Of a stretch of 64,000 bases of DNA, positions 42,927 to 52,813 are shown piece after piece. A model generated the notes under the pieces. That model ran no database searches. It worked only from the letters and a program-made list of their open reading frames with translations, and had not been told where the DNA came from. Each line of letters starts with the position of its first letter. Within the stretch, counting starts at the first letter, position 1. Origin of the DNA: Escherichia phage kaaroe; sequence record MN850574.1. The stretch is one strand, 5' to 3'. A program made the translations under genes and the position numbers.

Positions 42927-43391
42927 ATGAAATGGGAAGCTGGTAAGACCTATGCGTGGAAAGATGTAAAAGATGCAAACCAATTTTTTAAATGGTATGA
43001 TGTTGATTATTTGAAATATCTGCGATTACCGTTTAAAGTTGCGTCGGTTGATGCGAAAAAAGGATACGTGCGGTCTGTTTATCTTCATGATGGAACTTAT
43101 ATGAGTTCAACCGATGTAGGTCTATCTTGTTGGTTTCTGGATCATGACCGTAGCAGATTTGAAGAAATTATTATTCCAGAAGAATCTAAATTAATTGACC
43201 TTCTCAAATTGGCGATGGATAATTATAAAATTCGCTTTGAATGCAAATCACATGCGGCTATCGGTGCTAACGCCTTGCGTCATATCTCCAGTTTTGAAGA
43301 GTTGAAAGATTTTCTTGACAAAATGCCGGAAAGAGTGCAAGCTATACAGGAAGCTGAGAAAGCATTAAACGAACTTGATAAAATCGGTTAA
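42927..43391 (+). CDS. WExGKTY-family protein, paralog 2
   Basis: MKWEAGKTYAWKD; C-terminal ALNELDKIG. Confidence 0.55.
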   Translation: MKWEAGKTYAWKDVKDANQFFKWYDVDYLKYLRLPFKVASVDAKKGYVRSVYLHDGTYMSSTDVGLSCWFLDHDRSRFEEIIIPEESKLIDLLKLAMDNYKIRFECKSHAAIGANALRHISSFEELKDFLDKMPERVQAIQEAEKALNELDKIG

Positions 43392-43403
43392 GGGGAATAT
43401 ATT

Positions 43404-44228
43404 ATGAAATGGGAAATTGGTAAAACTTACACTTGGAAAGATGAAAACGCGAAAACTGAGTTTATTACTAACGGAGAAGGTGTTCTTTCTCCACTTAACA
43501 GCGATATCAGTGCAGCTATTGGTGACAAGCCATTTACCATCATCGAGATCGAGGGTAACGGTTGGATTGATGCAATAGAGCTAGACGGTGTTTATCATAC
43601 GGCGAAAACTGCTACAGGAAAAGACATTTGGACTGCAACATATTTCTTTAGTCCATTCGATAGAAAATTCTTTCGTGAAGTTGAAGAAGTTCCCCAGAAA
43701 TGGGAAGTTGGTAAAACTTATACTTGGAAAGATGCGAATGCTATGACCGACTTCTGTCATTATGCTGAAAACGTATCTAACCTTAATTATGTTATTGCAC
43801 GAGCAATAAATTATAGACCTTTTACTGTTAAAAATGTTAGTCCATGTGGGCAAGTTAATGTAATTGAAATTGATGGTAAAGACCATACTCTAATGAGTGC
43901 AACCGAAGATAGCGACCATAAAGGAACTAGCTGGTTTATTGATTCTGATAGAAAATTCTTTCGTGAAGTAGAAGAATTGGAAGTTATAACCACTGATTCT
44001 AAGATCGTTGGACAGTTGAAACGTCTGTTTAGTAGTCGTTATGGCCTGACAATGGTTAAATTTAGCGAAGCAAATGAAGGTAAAACCTTTGAACGTTTCG
44101 ATGATTTCATCGCAGCACTTGACAAGATGGACGAAATAATGCAAGATCGCCAGAAGATTAAAGACCTTCAAGAAGACATTAAACGTCGTGAAGTTGAATT
44201 TTTGATTGGTAAAGAGCGAGGTTGGTAA
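43404..44228 (+). CDS. WExGKTY-family protein, paralog 3 (internally duplicated)
   Basis: MKWEIGKTYTWKD and second copy QKWEVGKTYTWKD, each followed by RKFFREVEE. Confidence 0.55.
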   Translation: MKWEIGKTYTWKDENAKTEFITNGEGVLSPLNSDISAAIGDKPFTIIEIEGNGWIDAIELDGVYHTAKTATGKDIWTATYFFSPFDRKFFREVEEVPQKWEVGKTYTWKDANAMTDFCHYAENVSNLNYVIARAINYRPFTVKNVSPCGQVNVIEIDGKDHTLMSATEDSDHKGTSWFIDSDRKFFREVEELEVITTDSKIVGQLKRLFSSRYGLTMVKFSEANEGKTFERFDDFIAALDKMDEIMQDRQKIKDLQEDIKRREVEFLIGKERGW

Positions 44229-44229
44229 T

Positions 44230-44706
44230 ATGTTTGTTGTTGGCATGACCTATCAGTGGAAAAACGAACAAGCGCGTAAAGCCTTTGCAACCAGTGATGC
44301 GAATCGTGTGATCTCCGAGTTTATCGGGGACCGTCAGTTTAAAGTCTTAGCTATTGATTCATCTACTATACCTGAATATGTTTCTGTGATTGAAATCGAT
44401 GGTAAGGCTTACCAGTGTCCAGACAATGAAAAGGTTTATCTTTATGCTTGTAATTGGTTTTCACCTACCGAAGATCAATATTTTAAAGTAGTATCAGCAG
44501 AACTATCATCCGAAGCAATGATGCAACAATTCTTCAATAACTACGAAGTTTCTGTGCGTCGCTATGGCGAAGAAGAAGTGTTTAAAATCGATGATTACAA
44601 TCAGTTTAAACGAGTATTCGCCACTAAGTTGCAGCGTGACTTTGAACGTGACCAACGGATCAAGGAACTGGAAGAAGAACTAGAAAGATTAAAGGCTGAG
44701 AAATGA
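44230..44706 (+). CDS. WExGKTY-family protein, paralog 4
   Basis: MFVVGMTYQWKNEQARKAF; C-terminal LEEELERLKAEK. Confidence 0.55.
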   Translation: MFVVGMTYQWKNEQARKAFATSDANRVISEFIGDRQFKVLAIDSSTIPEYVSVIEIDGKAYQCPDNEKVYLYACNWFSPTEDQYFKVVSAELSSEAMMQQFFNNYEVSVRRYGEEEVFKIDDYNQFKRVFATKLQRDFERDQRIKELEEELERLKAEK

Positions 44707-44972
44707 TCGAGATATACGGTATACCGAAAGAGGCTTATCATTGTTATGGTTGTATTAGTGCAATGAAGCTACTGGATGATCTGGGTATTCCGTATACACT
44801 TAAACCAGTATTCAAGCAGGTCGGGGTTGACATTATTCCCGACCGTGATATGATTGAAGAACTGGCGGGGAGGCTGAACTCAAAGAGCCTCCGGTTTGTA
44901 TACCCCCAGATATTCATTGACAACGAGCACATTGGAGGCTATAAAGAACTGAGGGCGATTTATGATTATTGA
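44703..44972 (+). CDS. glutaredoxin-like protein (NrdH-like)
   Basis: CYGC redox motif near N-terminus; ...IFIDNEHIGGY... glutaredoxin-fold signature. Confidence 0.65.
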   Translation: MIEIYGIPKEAYHCYGCISAMKLLDDLGIPYTLKPVFKQVGVDIIPDRDMIEELAGRLNSKSLRFVYPQIFIDNEHIGGYKELRAIYDY

Positions 44973-45120
44973 GAATTTAGTTTCGGTATTCATTATTGCT
45001 TTATTTGCTATAATGGCTTTACCGTTGAAGAAGTGTAAACACTGTAACGGAACAGGATTGCGTGGTGATGGGTGTTGCGCTCATTGTCATGGATCTGGTA
45101 AAGTAAGTATCATTAAGTAA
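44962..45120 (+). CDS. membrane-anchored miniprotein with DnaJ-type zinc finger (52 aa)
   Basis: N-terminal TM helix then CKHCNGTG and CAHCHGSG (two CxxCxGxG repeats); below track cutoff. Confidence 0.45.
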   Translation: MIIENLVSVFIIALFAIMALPLKKCKHCNGTGLRGDGCCAHCHGSGKVSIIK

Positions 45121-45141
45121 TTCTTGAGTGAGGAATATATT

Positions 45142-45429
45142 ATGTTAGTACACAATGCAATCGCACACATGGTTTATTCTCGATTTGGGCGCATGGAAGA
45201 AATCAATATTACCGACGCAGATTTAGATCTGATGCAAGTCGAAGGCCAGACATATCTGAAAAATAACGGCGTGAATATCGGTAAAGCGCGTGTGCGTGAA
45301 TTGTTGGTTGAATATATTCTCTCTGAATTTGGCATTAGTGCTTTCGGTGTGAAAGAGATTGCACCTAAGCGCGAAATTTCTGATAAAATGATCAAGAAAT
45401 GCCAGAAAGAACGACGTAAGGGTTTCTAA
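45142..45429 (+). CDS. hypothetical protein (95 aa)
   Basis: ATG with GAGGAATATATTATG RBS (track ORF begins TTG 45124). Confidence 0.5.
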   Translation: MLVHNAIAHMVYSRFGRMEEINITDADLDLMQVEGQTYLKNNGVNIGKARVRELLVEYILSEFGISAFGVKEIAPKREISDKMIKKCQKERRKGF

Positions 45430-46898
45430 TGAAGATTGAAACATTAATCGCATTGCCAGCGGCGGGGAAAACTGATGCTATACTTTCCCACGTCCTAGAG
45501 ACAAAAGAAAAAGCGGTTATTGCTTCGCCATCTCGTGTTTTAAGTGAACAATCTTACAATAAGTTTAAAAGAATGGGCGGTCGTGCTGTCTTGATTGATA
45601 GCACAAGACTAAGAAGCCTTAAGACAGTGCAAGCGTCGATAATGCAATCAGTTAAAGATGGTGCTGATGTGATATTCATTACACATACAGCGTTATCTAA
45701 TATGGAACGTTCAAAAATGTTTGGTGATTATGCTCTTTACATTGATGAAGTTCCTCAACTGGTTGAATTTAATGAGTATCCGTTTAAGTCTAATCTTGAA
45801 CTTATCACGAAGCATTGCGAACCAATCGCCGACGAATCGGAATGCCTACAGAACTTAGTTCTAAAAGACTCTGAGAAGGCCGCTATCAAAGAAAAGATAG
45901 AAAGTGCGAAGGATGGTACTGATATGATCGATTCTTCTCTTAGAGGGCTTTATGAGGCGTTATTAGAGAAGAAAATCAACGTTATGGTAAAACATAACGA
46001 AGGACACCGGAAGAATGGGTCGAAAATTGTTTTCTTGAACGATAACAAACACGGTACGTGGGGAGACTTTAAAAAGGTTACGATAGCATGTGCAAATCTC
46101 TTTGATACATATAGTGGGAAGTATCTACGATACTATGCAAATTGCGATTTTGTTCCGAGTGCGCTAGAATCCAGACTATATTTCAAAGAGTATAAAAATA
46201 CAGATAGAGTTAATATCATCCTTATGACGGACTCTGAACGATGGTCGCGTCACCAGTCAGAAACAAACAATACCTTTGAACGTCTTGTTGATATGGTTAA
46301 AAATGAATGTGGCGATGACTTCATTTATACCGTGAATCGGGACCGTGAAGCGTGTACAAATGGTATTGGTGAGCGGATACCTTACGGGTCTTATGGTCTT
46401 AACTCTTACATTCATCATAAAAATGTTGCTGTGATGTTCAGCTTTAACCCTCAACGATGGGAGATTGATATTTTAAAAGGTCTTGCTAATAGTTGTGATC
46501 TCCCGACAAACGAGTTTTTGAAAGCGCGTCATGTGTCTGATTATCTGGAACCAGCATTTCAATTATGTTTGCGTTGTAACCTGAGAGACAACGAGAGCAA
46601 GGAGAATGTTAATCTATATGTTCCTGATTGGGCGTTGGTGGATTATCTAAAAACGTTTCTGCCTAATGCCAATGTAATAACAGATCGAATGATTCCGCTA
46701 GAATGTGGTGAACGTAAAGGGCGAAAATCATTTAAAAAGATGTTCGACTTTAACGAGCAAGAGAATGCAAGATTTAACGGATTTAAGTACCGCATGAAGA
46801 AAAAAGGAAAAACTCTTGATCCGTCTGACGGCGAATCTGTAGAGATGGTTAGAGTGTGGATAACTAAGCAAAGAAAGTATAATGGTAATGGGGAATAG
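45429..46898 (+). CDS. P-loop NTPase, helicase-like (function unknown)
   Basis: 489 aa; Walker A ALPAAGKTD at residues 8-16, Walker B ALYIDEV; occupies the position of alpha-gt in T4. Confidence 0.6.
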   Translation: MKIETLIALPAAGKTDAILSHVLETKEKAVIASPSRVLSEQSYNKFKRMGGRAVLIDSTRLRSLKTVQASIMQSVKDGADVIFITHTALSNMERSKMFGDYALYIDEVPQLVEFNEYPFKSNLELITKHCEPIADESECLQNLVLKDSEKAAIKEKIESAKDGTDMIDSSLRGLYEALLEKKINVMVKHNEGHRKNGSKIVFLNDNKHGTWGDFKKVTIACANLFDTYSGKYLRYYANCDFVPSALESRLYFKEYKNTDRVNIILMTDSERWSRHQSETNNTFERLVDMVKNECGDDFIYTVNRDREACTNGIGERIPYGSYGLNSYIHHKNVAVMFSFNPQRWEIDILKGLANSCDLPTNEFLKARHVSDYLEPAFQLCLRCNLRDNESKENVNLYVPDWALVDYLKTFLPNANVITDRMIPLECGERKGRKSFKKMFDFNEQENARFNGFKYRMKKKGKTLDPSDGESVEMVRVWITKQRKYNGNGE

Positions 46899-46938
46899 CC
46901 CGAAAGGGTTATTTCCTAAATAATAGCGAGGGTGCGAA

Positions 46939-47472
46939 GTGTCTGATTATGTAAACAATAAAGAGCTTTACGAAGAAATTTGCCGTTGGAAACAACAAAT
47001 TGCAGCAGAAGGTCGGCAAGTTCCAATGAGCGATCAAATCGGCCTAGCAATTATGCAAATCTCTAAAAATCTATCACGTCGTTTTAACTTTTCTGGTTAT
47101 AGTCAAACGTGGCGCGAAGAAATGATCGACGACGGAATCGAAGCGGCGGTCAAGGGTTTGATTAATTTTGACGAGACAAAGTATAAAAATCCTCATGCTT
47201 ACATCACGCAAGCGTGCTTTAATGCTTTTGTACAGCGCATTAAAAAAGAGAGAACAGCGACAGCCGCAAAATACAAATATTTTGTGCATCATGTATATGA
47301 CGAACGCGACGCTGATATGTGCCAGATTGCTGATGAGGCATTCATACAGGACATTTACGATAAAATCAACAACTACGAGGAATCGGTCAATAAACCGAAA
47401 GCGCCAAAGGTTGAAGATGTATTGACCGAGGAATTGCCTAGCTTGGACCAATTTTATGAGATTGAAAATTAA
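46939..47472 (+). CDS. 55: late sigma factor gp55
   Basis: [49 protein letters not shown] match remembered T4 gp55; GTG start with GAGGG RBS. Confidence 0.85.
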   Translation: MSDYVNNKELYEEICRWKQQIAAEGRQVPMSDQIGLAIMQISKNLSRRFNFSGYSQTWREEMIDDGIEAAVKGLINFDETKYKNPHAYITQACFNAFVQRIKKERTATAAKYKYFVHHVYDERDADMCQIADEAFIQDIYDKINNYEESVNKPKAPKVEDVLTEELPSLDQFYEIEN

Positions 47473-47689
47473 CATTTCCCGTTTGCTGGAAGAAGCAGAG
47501 TTTGAAACTGACCTTGTGCCGTATTTCGCCAAATTATTTTTGAGAGATTGCGGCGTTCCGGTGATTATCGATCCGTGCAATATCAAATCACCGGATCTTG
47601 AGGTCTTTACGGGTACAATCTCACATAGCTATAATGTATCAGAAGATGAATTTTCTTTAATAATTGATTATATCCCAGAGGTAAAATAA
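47456..47689 (+). CDS. hypothetical protein (77 aa)
   Basis: ORF overlapping gp55 3' end; no clear RBS. Confidence 0.4.
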   Translation: MRLKINISRLLEEAEFETDLVPYFAKLFLRDCGVPVIIDPCNIKSPDLEVFTGTISHSYNVSEDEFSLIIDYIPEVK

Positions 47690-47690
47690 T

Positions 47691-47978
47691 ATGACTTGCA
47701 ATGAACAGCATGACCAGATTGCAGTGAATGAAGTAGACAAAGTACAAGCAGAACTAGAGGCTAAAGCCGCTAAGAAAGCGGAAAAGATCTTGCGTAAGAA
47801 CTCGCGAGAGATTGCACGCCTTAAGCGGTGGGCTGAACAAGCTATCATCGATGATAACCGTGATGCGTATATCTACGCTATCGGAAAGTTACGTGATATC
47901 TACAAACAGCCACACACGCCAGAACTGCTTTCTGCTATGTGGATTAGTACACGGCAAACGGTATTAAGTATGCTGTAA
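47691..47978 (+). CDS. hypothetical protein (95 aa)
   Basis: ORF with RBS. Confidence 0.5.
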   Translation: MTCNEQHDQIAVNEVDKVQAELEAKAAKKAEKILRKNSREIARLKRWAEQAIIDDNRDAYIYAIGKLRDIYKQPHTPELLSAMWISTRQTVLSML

Positions 47979-48000
47979 TGGCTTTATAGGGGAGACTCTG

Positions 48001-48025
48001 AAAGGGGTTTCCCTTTTTATTTTTC
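48001..48025 (+). terminator. intrinsic terminator
   Basis: aaaggg-gttt-cccttt hairpin followed by TTTATTTTT. Confidence 0.5.
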
Positions 48026-48068
48026 TGTGATATAGTGAGAGCATCGAAAACGAAGAGAGGAAGAGACT

Positions 48069-49094
48069 ATGAAAATTTTGCTTTTAGGTGATCTGCATAC
48101 TGGTATCGGTGGCGATGATCCGTGGGTGCATGAGTATATTCTTGATACCATCAAGAAGGCGGTTGAATACTCCAAAGAGCATAATATTAAGACATGGATT
48201 CAAACAGGGGATTGGTTTGATTGCCGAAAAGCAATTACCCATGAAACCATGAAATTTAACCGTACTAAGGTCATCCCATTACTGGAAGAGGCTGGAATTA
48301 CTTGTTATATCACGGTCGGGAACCATGATATGTTTAAACGAAACAAGATCCAGCCTAACGCACCGCGTGAAGTGTTAAGCCAGTATGATTGCATTAAGGT
48401 TATCGATAAACCGGAAACAGTTACCTTTGATGGTGTATCATTTGATCTGTTCCCGTGGTTTTGTGATGACAATAAATCAGAGATTTTAGAGTTTATTCAA
48501 AACTCATTCAGCGAATATTGTGTAGGCCATTGGGAATTGTCCGGTTACTATTTCTATAAAGGGCTAAAATCCGAAGGTTATAGCGCGGACTTCCTCAAGA
48601 AATACCGTGAAGTGTTTTCCGGTCATTTTCATACTATCAGCGATGGCGGTAATGTAACGTATATCGGTACACCATACACACTAACGGCGGGTGACGAAAA
48701 CGATCCGCGTGGGTTTTGGGTATTCGATACCGATACACACAAAAAAGAGTTTATCCAGAATGACAAAACTTATCATGTGCGTATCACTTACCCGTCAGAT
48801 GATAAAATCGATGTAGAACGCTTTAAGGGGCTTAGTGTGCGTCTTATTGCAACGGTTGCTGATAATGGGTTAACTAAGTTAGAAAGCGCGTTAGAGGCCG
48901 TTGTACACAAGCTAAAAGTGGTCCATAAACTGGAGAGTAGCGCATCACAGGAAACAGGTGTTATTGAAGTTAAAAGCACTATTCAGATGGTATATGAATA
49001 TCTGGAAGAACAAAACCTAGAACCGGAAGAACTTGCGGCGGTCAAGCGTATTTCTGATGAACTTTTAGCCGAGGTAAATAGCGCAAAAAGTTAG
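48069..49094 (+). CDS. 47: recombination endonuclease subunit gp47 (Mre11-like)
   Basis: 341 aa; phosphoesterase motifs GDLH, GDWFD, GNHD, GHWE, GHFH; collinear with T4 gp47. Confidence 0.9.
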   Translation: MKILLLGDLHTGIGGDDPWVHEYILDTIKKAVEYSKEHNIKTWIQTGDWFDCRKAITHETMKFNRTKVIPLLEEAGITCYITVGNHDMFKRNKIQPNAPREVLSQYDCIKVIDKPETVTFDGVSFDLFPWFCDDNKSEILEFIQNSFSEYCVGHWELSGYYFYKGLKSEGYSADFLKKYREVFSGHFHTISDGGNVTYIGTPYTLTAGDENDPRGFWVFDTDTHKKEFIQNDKTYHVRITYPSDDKIDVERFKGLSVRLIATVADNGLTKLESALEAVVHKLKVVHKLESSASQETGVIEVKSTIQMVYEYLEEQNLEPEELAAVKRISDELLAEVNSAKS

Positions 49095-49123
49095 TTGACG
49101 CGTGGAGAAATCCCCGTTATACT
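49095..49123 (+). promoter_or_regulatory. sigma70-like promoter TTGACG-17-TATACT with IR
   Basis: TTGACG 49095-49100, TATACT 49118-49123, IR GGAGAAATCCCC; -35 abuts gp47 stop. Confidence 0.55.
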
Positions 49124-49148
49124 CTCTAAAAATTGATTGGAGGTTGTT

Positions 49149-49400
49149 ATGATTACTAATGCATTGAAAGAAATCAACGAAGGTTTATCGAAATTCACTA
49201 AGATCCATGTATTTGAGGTTGTGCGAGATGGTCAGTATATGCTATCATTTCGATCTAACTATGGTTTGTGGACTCATGACGAAATCCCATTTGATCGTGA
49301 AAATATCACCAAAGAGGGGCTAACAAACATCGTATCCCGTAAGGTTGCTGATATTACCCAGAATGTTATTGCGCGTGGATCTATGGGGTCTGTACGATGA
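49149..49400 (+). CDS. hypothetical protein (83 aa)
   Basis: ATG at 49149 with GGAGG RBS. Confidence 0.5.
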   Translation: MITNALKEINEGLSKFTKIHVFEVVRDGQYMLSFRSNYGLWTHDEIPFDRENITKEGLTNIVSRKVADITQNVIARGSMGSVR

Positions 49401-49714
49401 AAACACTTGCACAAAAGGTAATGGAATTTAATGAGGCATTGCCTATGTTTGCTCGACGTAAGGGGATCTCCGTTGATGTATGGTATTCCAAAGAGCATGA
49501 AGAAGTTCGGATGATGGTCGAAAAGCGACTCACTGATACTACCGTTAAGTGTAAGTTTCGCTCTATTCCTCGCGCGGAAATAGAATTTGATGAAAGCTAT
49601 TACTTTACGCTGCGTCATGTACTGAAACAAGCAGTGGATGAACTTTTAGAAGACCTGAAACAATATGAGATTGAACGAGGAACATATTATGAATACGACT
49701 ATGGTCGCGGCTGA
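49397..49714 (+). CDS. hypothetical protein (105 aa)
   Basis: ATGA overlap with upstream gene. Confidence 0.5.
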   Translation: MKTLAQKVMEFNEALPMFARRKGISVDVWYSKEHEEVRMMVEKRLTDTTVKCKFRSIPRAEIEFDESYYFTLRHVLKQAVDELLEDLKQYEIERGTYYEYDYGRG

Positions 49715-50261
49715 TTCTGATTTGTTGGTAATGGAACATTTTATTAAATTGGTGCACACATACACACTAAAACAATCACATTGCAAGAATCCGATCTATG
49801 GCTATCTGAAAGCGAGTATTGCTAAAATGTGGGGTCAGCCAGTGGTTAAGATGTGGTATGATGACGGTTATCGTCGTTACCTTAAAGTGATTCATCCACA
49901 GGATTTGATGGTAACTATGGACATTGGCGACTTTGTAAAAGACAAAGTAGAATCCATTATTAAGAGTGTGGTTGGTGAATATAATCCGATTGTATATGGT
50001 GCTTTCGTACAGTGGAAACAATCCAGCAAGTATTATTTTCCGAATACTCCATTGACGTTAACAGGTTGGATCTCTGTCATGCATAGTGGGGTATTCCTGG
50101 AAGCGTCAGAGACAATGTATAAAGGGTATATTCTCCCGCATCGACTGGTGAAATGTGATTACCGCTTGACTGTAGGTGAATTTCGCGATATTCTGGAACA
50201 GCAAGCGGAAGACCTGCAAGGTGAAATTGAAGAATTTTTAGAGGAACATAAACTAAAATGA
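49689..50261 (+). CDS. hypothetical protein (190 aa)
   Basis: ATG at 49689 with GAGGAACATATTATG RBS (track begins 49665). Confidence 0.5.
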   Translation: MNTTMVAADSDLLVMEHFIKLVHTYTLKQSHCKNPIYGYLKASIAKMWGQPVVKMWYDDGYRRYLKVIHPQDLMVTMDIGDFVKDKVESIIKSVVGEYNPIVYGAFVQWKQSSKYYFPNTPLTLTGWISVMHSGVFLEASETMYKGYILPHRLVKCDYRLTVGEFRDILEQQAEDLQGEIEEFLEEHKLK

Positions 50262-50521
50262 TTCTATCGATGACCTACCTTAGACACAGGGTTATAGAAG
50301 GTCTTCGCGAATATCTGGCATTGAATAAAGGGATTTATGTTGATCCCTTTATGACATATGATCCGGCGACACTGGATTATGTGATCATGTTGCCAGATCG
50401 CAGAGACACACTAGTTAAAGTGAAGGCGGCAAGTGTTTACAATATTGATGAAGATGTGTTAGCATTTAATATTATGGAATGTGTGATTGCGGAGTGGATT
50501 AATGGCAAAGTTAAATTTTAA
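50258..50521 (+). CDS. hypothetical protein (87 aa)
   Basis: ATGA overlap with upstream gene. Confidence 0.5.
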   Translation: MILSMTYLRHRVIEGLREYLALNKGIYVDPFMTYDPATLDYVIMLPDRRDTLVKVKAASVYNIDEDVLAFNIMECVIAEWINGKVKF

Positions 50522-52184
50522 AACCTTGCGCTATCAAAATATAATGAGCGTGGGTGCTGAACCTGTTGAGATTCAGCTAGACGGATTCAAAAAGACACTA
50601 ATCACTGGTGTTAACGGTGCTGGTAAATCAACAATGATCGAGGCGCTTTGCTTTGTGTTGTTCGGTAAACCGTTTCGTAGTATCAAGAAAGGCCAATTGA
50701 TTAACAGCGTCAACAAAAAGAAACTGTTAGTCGAAGTCTGGTTTGAACTGGACGGAAAAGAGTTTTATATCAAACGTGGTCAAAAACCGGAAGTCTTCGA
50801 AGTGCATCGCGACGGTCAAAAGATCGACGAGAGCGCAAGCACCAAAGACTTTCAGGAATATTTTGAAGGTATCATAGGAATGAACCTAGCCAGCTTTAAA
50901 CAGATCGTTGTTTTAGGCACTGCTGGTTATGTTCCGTTTATGAGTCTTCCGGCAGCGGGTCGCCGTAAACTGGTCGAGGATTTGCTTGATATTGCTACGC
51001 TAGGCGAAATGGATAAACTGAATAAAGCGTATGTGCGCGAGATTACCCAGAATATCCAAATGCAGGAAATGAAAGCTAATCACGTTCAGCAACAAATCAA
51101 CACTCATAAAAAGTACATAGAAGACGCTAGCAAGGCGAGTGCCGAGAATCTACAGCGTTTGCAGAATATGTACGAGAAAGAAGTCGAATCAGCTAAAGCG
51201 TTTAAAGCCGAAGAAACACGCTTGACCGATGAGCTATTGGCTGTTGTTATGCCGGAAGATCCTAGCGCGGCATTGGCTAAAATTAATACGGCTATCGCAC
51301 AGATTGGTGCACAGATCCAGAACTTTGACCGTGTTATCCATATGCACGAGAAAGGCGGGATCTGTCCTACGTGCACACAACCGATCATTCAGGGTAATGA
51401 TCAGGCTGTACGCGAACAAAAAGCACAAGCCGAACATAAACTGTCTCTTATTGACGAGAAACGCGTAGAATACGCAGAGAAGGCCAATTCTTTCCAGACA
51501 GCACAAACTAAGGTCTTGGAAATTAAACGCGCTATAGAGTCACAGAGAGCGAATTTAACGGCATCTGTAGGTCGGGCTAAACAGATCCAGAAAGCAATTC
51601 AGGAATTACAAAAAGAAAGGGTTGACAATTCCGAAGAACTTGCTAAACTGGAACACGAACTGGTAGAGATTACTAATGAAAAATCAAAGCTAGTTCTTGA
51701 AAAATATCACCGTGGATTTGTAACAGAAATGTTGAAGGATTCCGGTGTTAAGGCGTCTATCGTCAAGAAATATATTCCATATTTCAATGATCGGATTGCG
51801 TATTATCTTGATATCATGGAAGCGGATTATATCTTTACGCTAGATGAAGAGTTTAACGAAACAATCAAATCACGGGGGCGGGAATCGTTTTCGTATACAT
51901 CATTCAGTCAAGGCGAAAAAGCACGTATTGACCTTGCGATGCTCTTTACATGGCGTGATGTTGCTGGTAAAGTATCTGGTACTAATATTTCTTTGTTGGT
52001 ACTCGACGAAATTTATGATGGGGCTACGGACGTTCAGGGCGTAAAAGCACTTGATTCCATCATTGACAAGTTAGATGATAACGTGTATATTATCAGCCAT
52101 CGTGACCATAACCCTGATGATTTTAGCCGTCATCTCAAGATGGTTAAACGTGGGCGATTCACTGAAATGAATGTTAACATTTGA
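50502..52184 (+). CDS. 46: recombination endonuclease subunit gp46 (Rad50/SbcC-like ATPase)
   Basis: Walker A GVNGAGKST, central coiled coil with CPTC zinc hook, C-terminal LLVLDE Walker B; collinear with T4 gp46. Confidence 0.9.
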   Translation: MAKLNFKTLRYQNIMSVGAEPVEIQLDGFKKTLITGVNGAGKSTMIEALCFVLFGKPFRSIKKGQLINSVNKKKLLVEVWFELDGKEFYIKRGQKPEVFEVHRDGQKIDESASTKDFQEYFEGIIGMNLASFKQIVVLGTAGYVPFMSLPAAGRRKLVEDLLDIATLGEMDKLNKAYVREITQNIQMQEMKANHVQQQINTHKKYIEDASKASAENLQRLQNMYEKEVESAKAFKAEETRLTDELLAVVMPEDPSAALAKINTAIAQIGAQIQNFDRVIHMHEKGGICPTCTQPIIQGNDQAVREQKAQAEHKLSLIDEKRVEYAEKANSFQTAQTKVLEIKRAIESQRANLTASVGRAKQIQKAIQELQKERVDNSEELAKLEHELVEITNEKSKLVLEKYHRGFVTEMLKDSGVKASIVKKYIPYFNDRIAYYLDIMEADYIFTLDEEFNETIKSRGRESFSYTSFSQGEKARIDLAMLFTWRDVAGKVSGTNISLLVLDEIYDGATDVQGVKALDSIIDKLDDNVYIISHRDHNPDDFSRHLKMVKRGRFTEMNVNI

Positions 52185-52401
52185 CAGAGTAACGCAGCCG
52201 GAGTTAGAATTGTATACATTAATCAATCTATATTCCGGTGAAGAATATGTAGTTAGTATGGGGGATATGAAAAACAGCATATACAGCGATGAAGACATAA
52301 CAAAAATGTTGTCTTGTCGTCATCATGAGTTTATGCTGGTCCCCAACTTTGATAAACTTGATTACCCTGATGCTGGGGTTGCAACAAACTTTAGAACGTG
52401 A
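52171..52401 (+). CDS. hypothetical protein (76 aa)
   Basis: ORF starting inside gp46 3' end. Confidence 0.4.
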   Translation: MLTFDRVTQPELELYTLINLYSGEEYVVSMGDMKNSIYSDEDITKMLSCRHHEFMLVPNFDKLDYPDAGVATNFRT

Positions 52402-52431
52402 TATACTGATTTTATTTTGGAGATTAATATT

Positions 52432-52809
52432 ATGACTACTTCCGCAAACCTGGCTAAAATTACTGTAGCAGACATTCAGAACAAGAAAACCAGTCTCGAA
52501 TTTGACCGAGCAATGAACAAGATACGTAAAGCGTGGGGACTACAAATGCCGGAAAGCGAGAAAGCTAAAATGAAGGTTATCCCGCAGCAAGCACGCTTTG
52601 AACTGTACGCGCATATTGATGATATGGTGCAAAAAGAATGGATCGCGGCAATGCGCAAGTATTACGATGATTCAATTGCTAAAGGTGCTAAAACTATTCG
52701 AGGTAAAGATATTCTCGAAAAGGGTTATCAGATTGACACTGATGAACTGCTGATTGAAGCCGCTAGCGTAGTAGTAACTCGTCTGATCGCAATTGCTGAT
52801 GGGAAGTGA
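52432..52809 (+). CDS. hypothetical protein (125 aa; position of T4 rpbA/45.x)
   Basis: ATG with GGAGATTAATATT RBS; positional call only. Confidence 0.5.
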   Translation: MTTSANLAKITVADIQNKKTSLEFDRAMNKIRKAWGLQMPESEKAKMKVIPQQARFELYAHIDDMVQKEWIAAMRKYYDDSIAKGAKTIRGKDILEKGYQIDTDELLIEAASVVVTRLIAIADGK

Positions 52810-52813
52810 TAGA

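Noticed and set aside
43581-44246. Minus-strand ORFs antisense to the WExGKTY array
   Set aside because: Plus-strand paralogs share conserved motifs and RBS; the antisense frames do not
47074-47586. Minus-strand ORF (170 aa) antisense to gp55
   Set aside because: gp55 is homology-supported across this span; the minus ORF has no RBS
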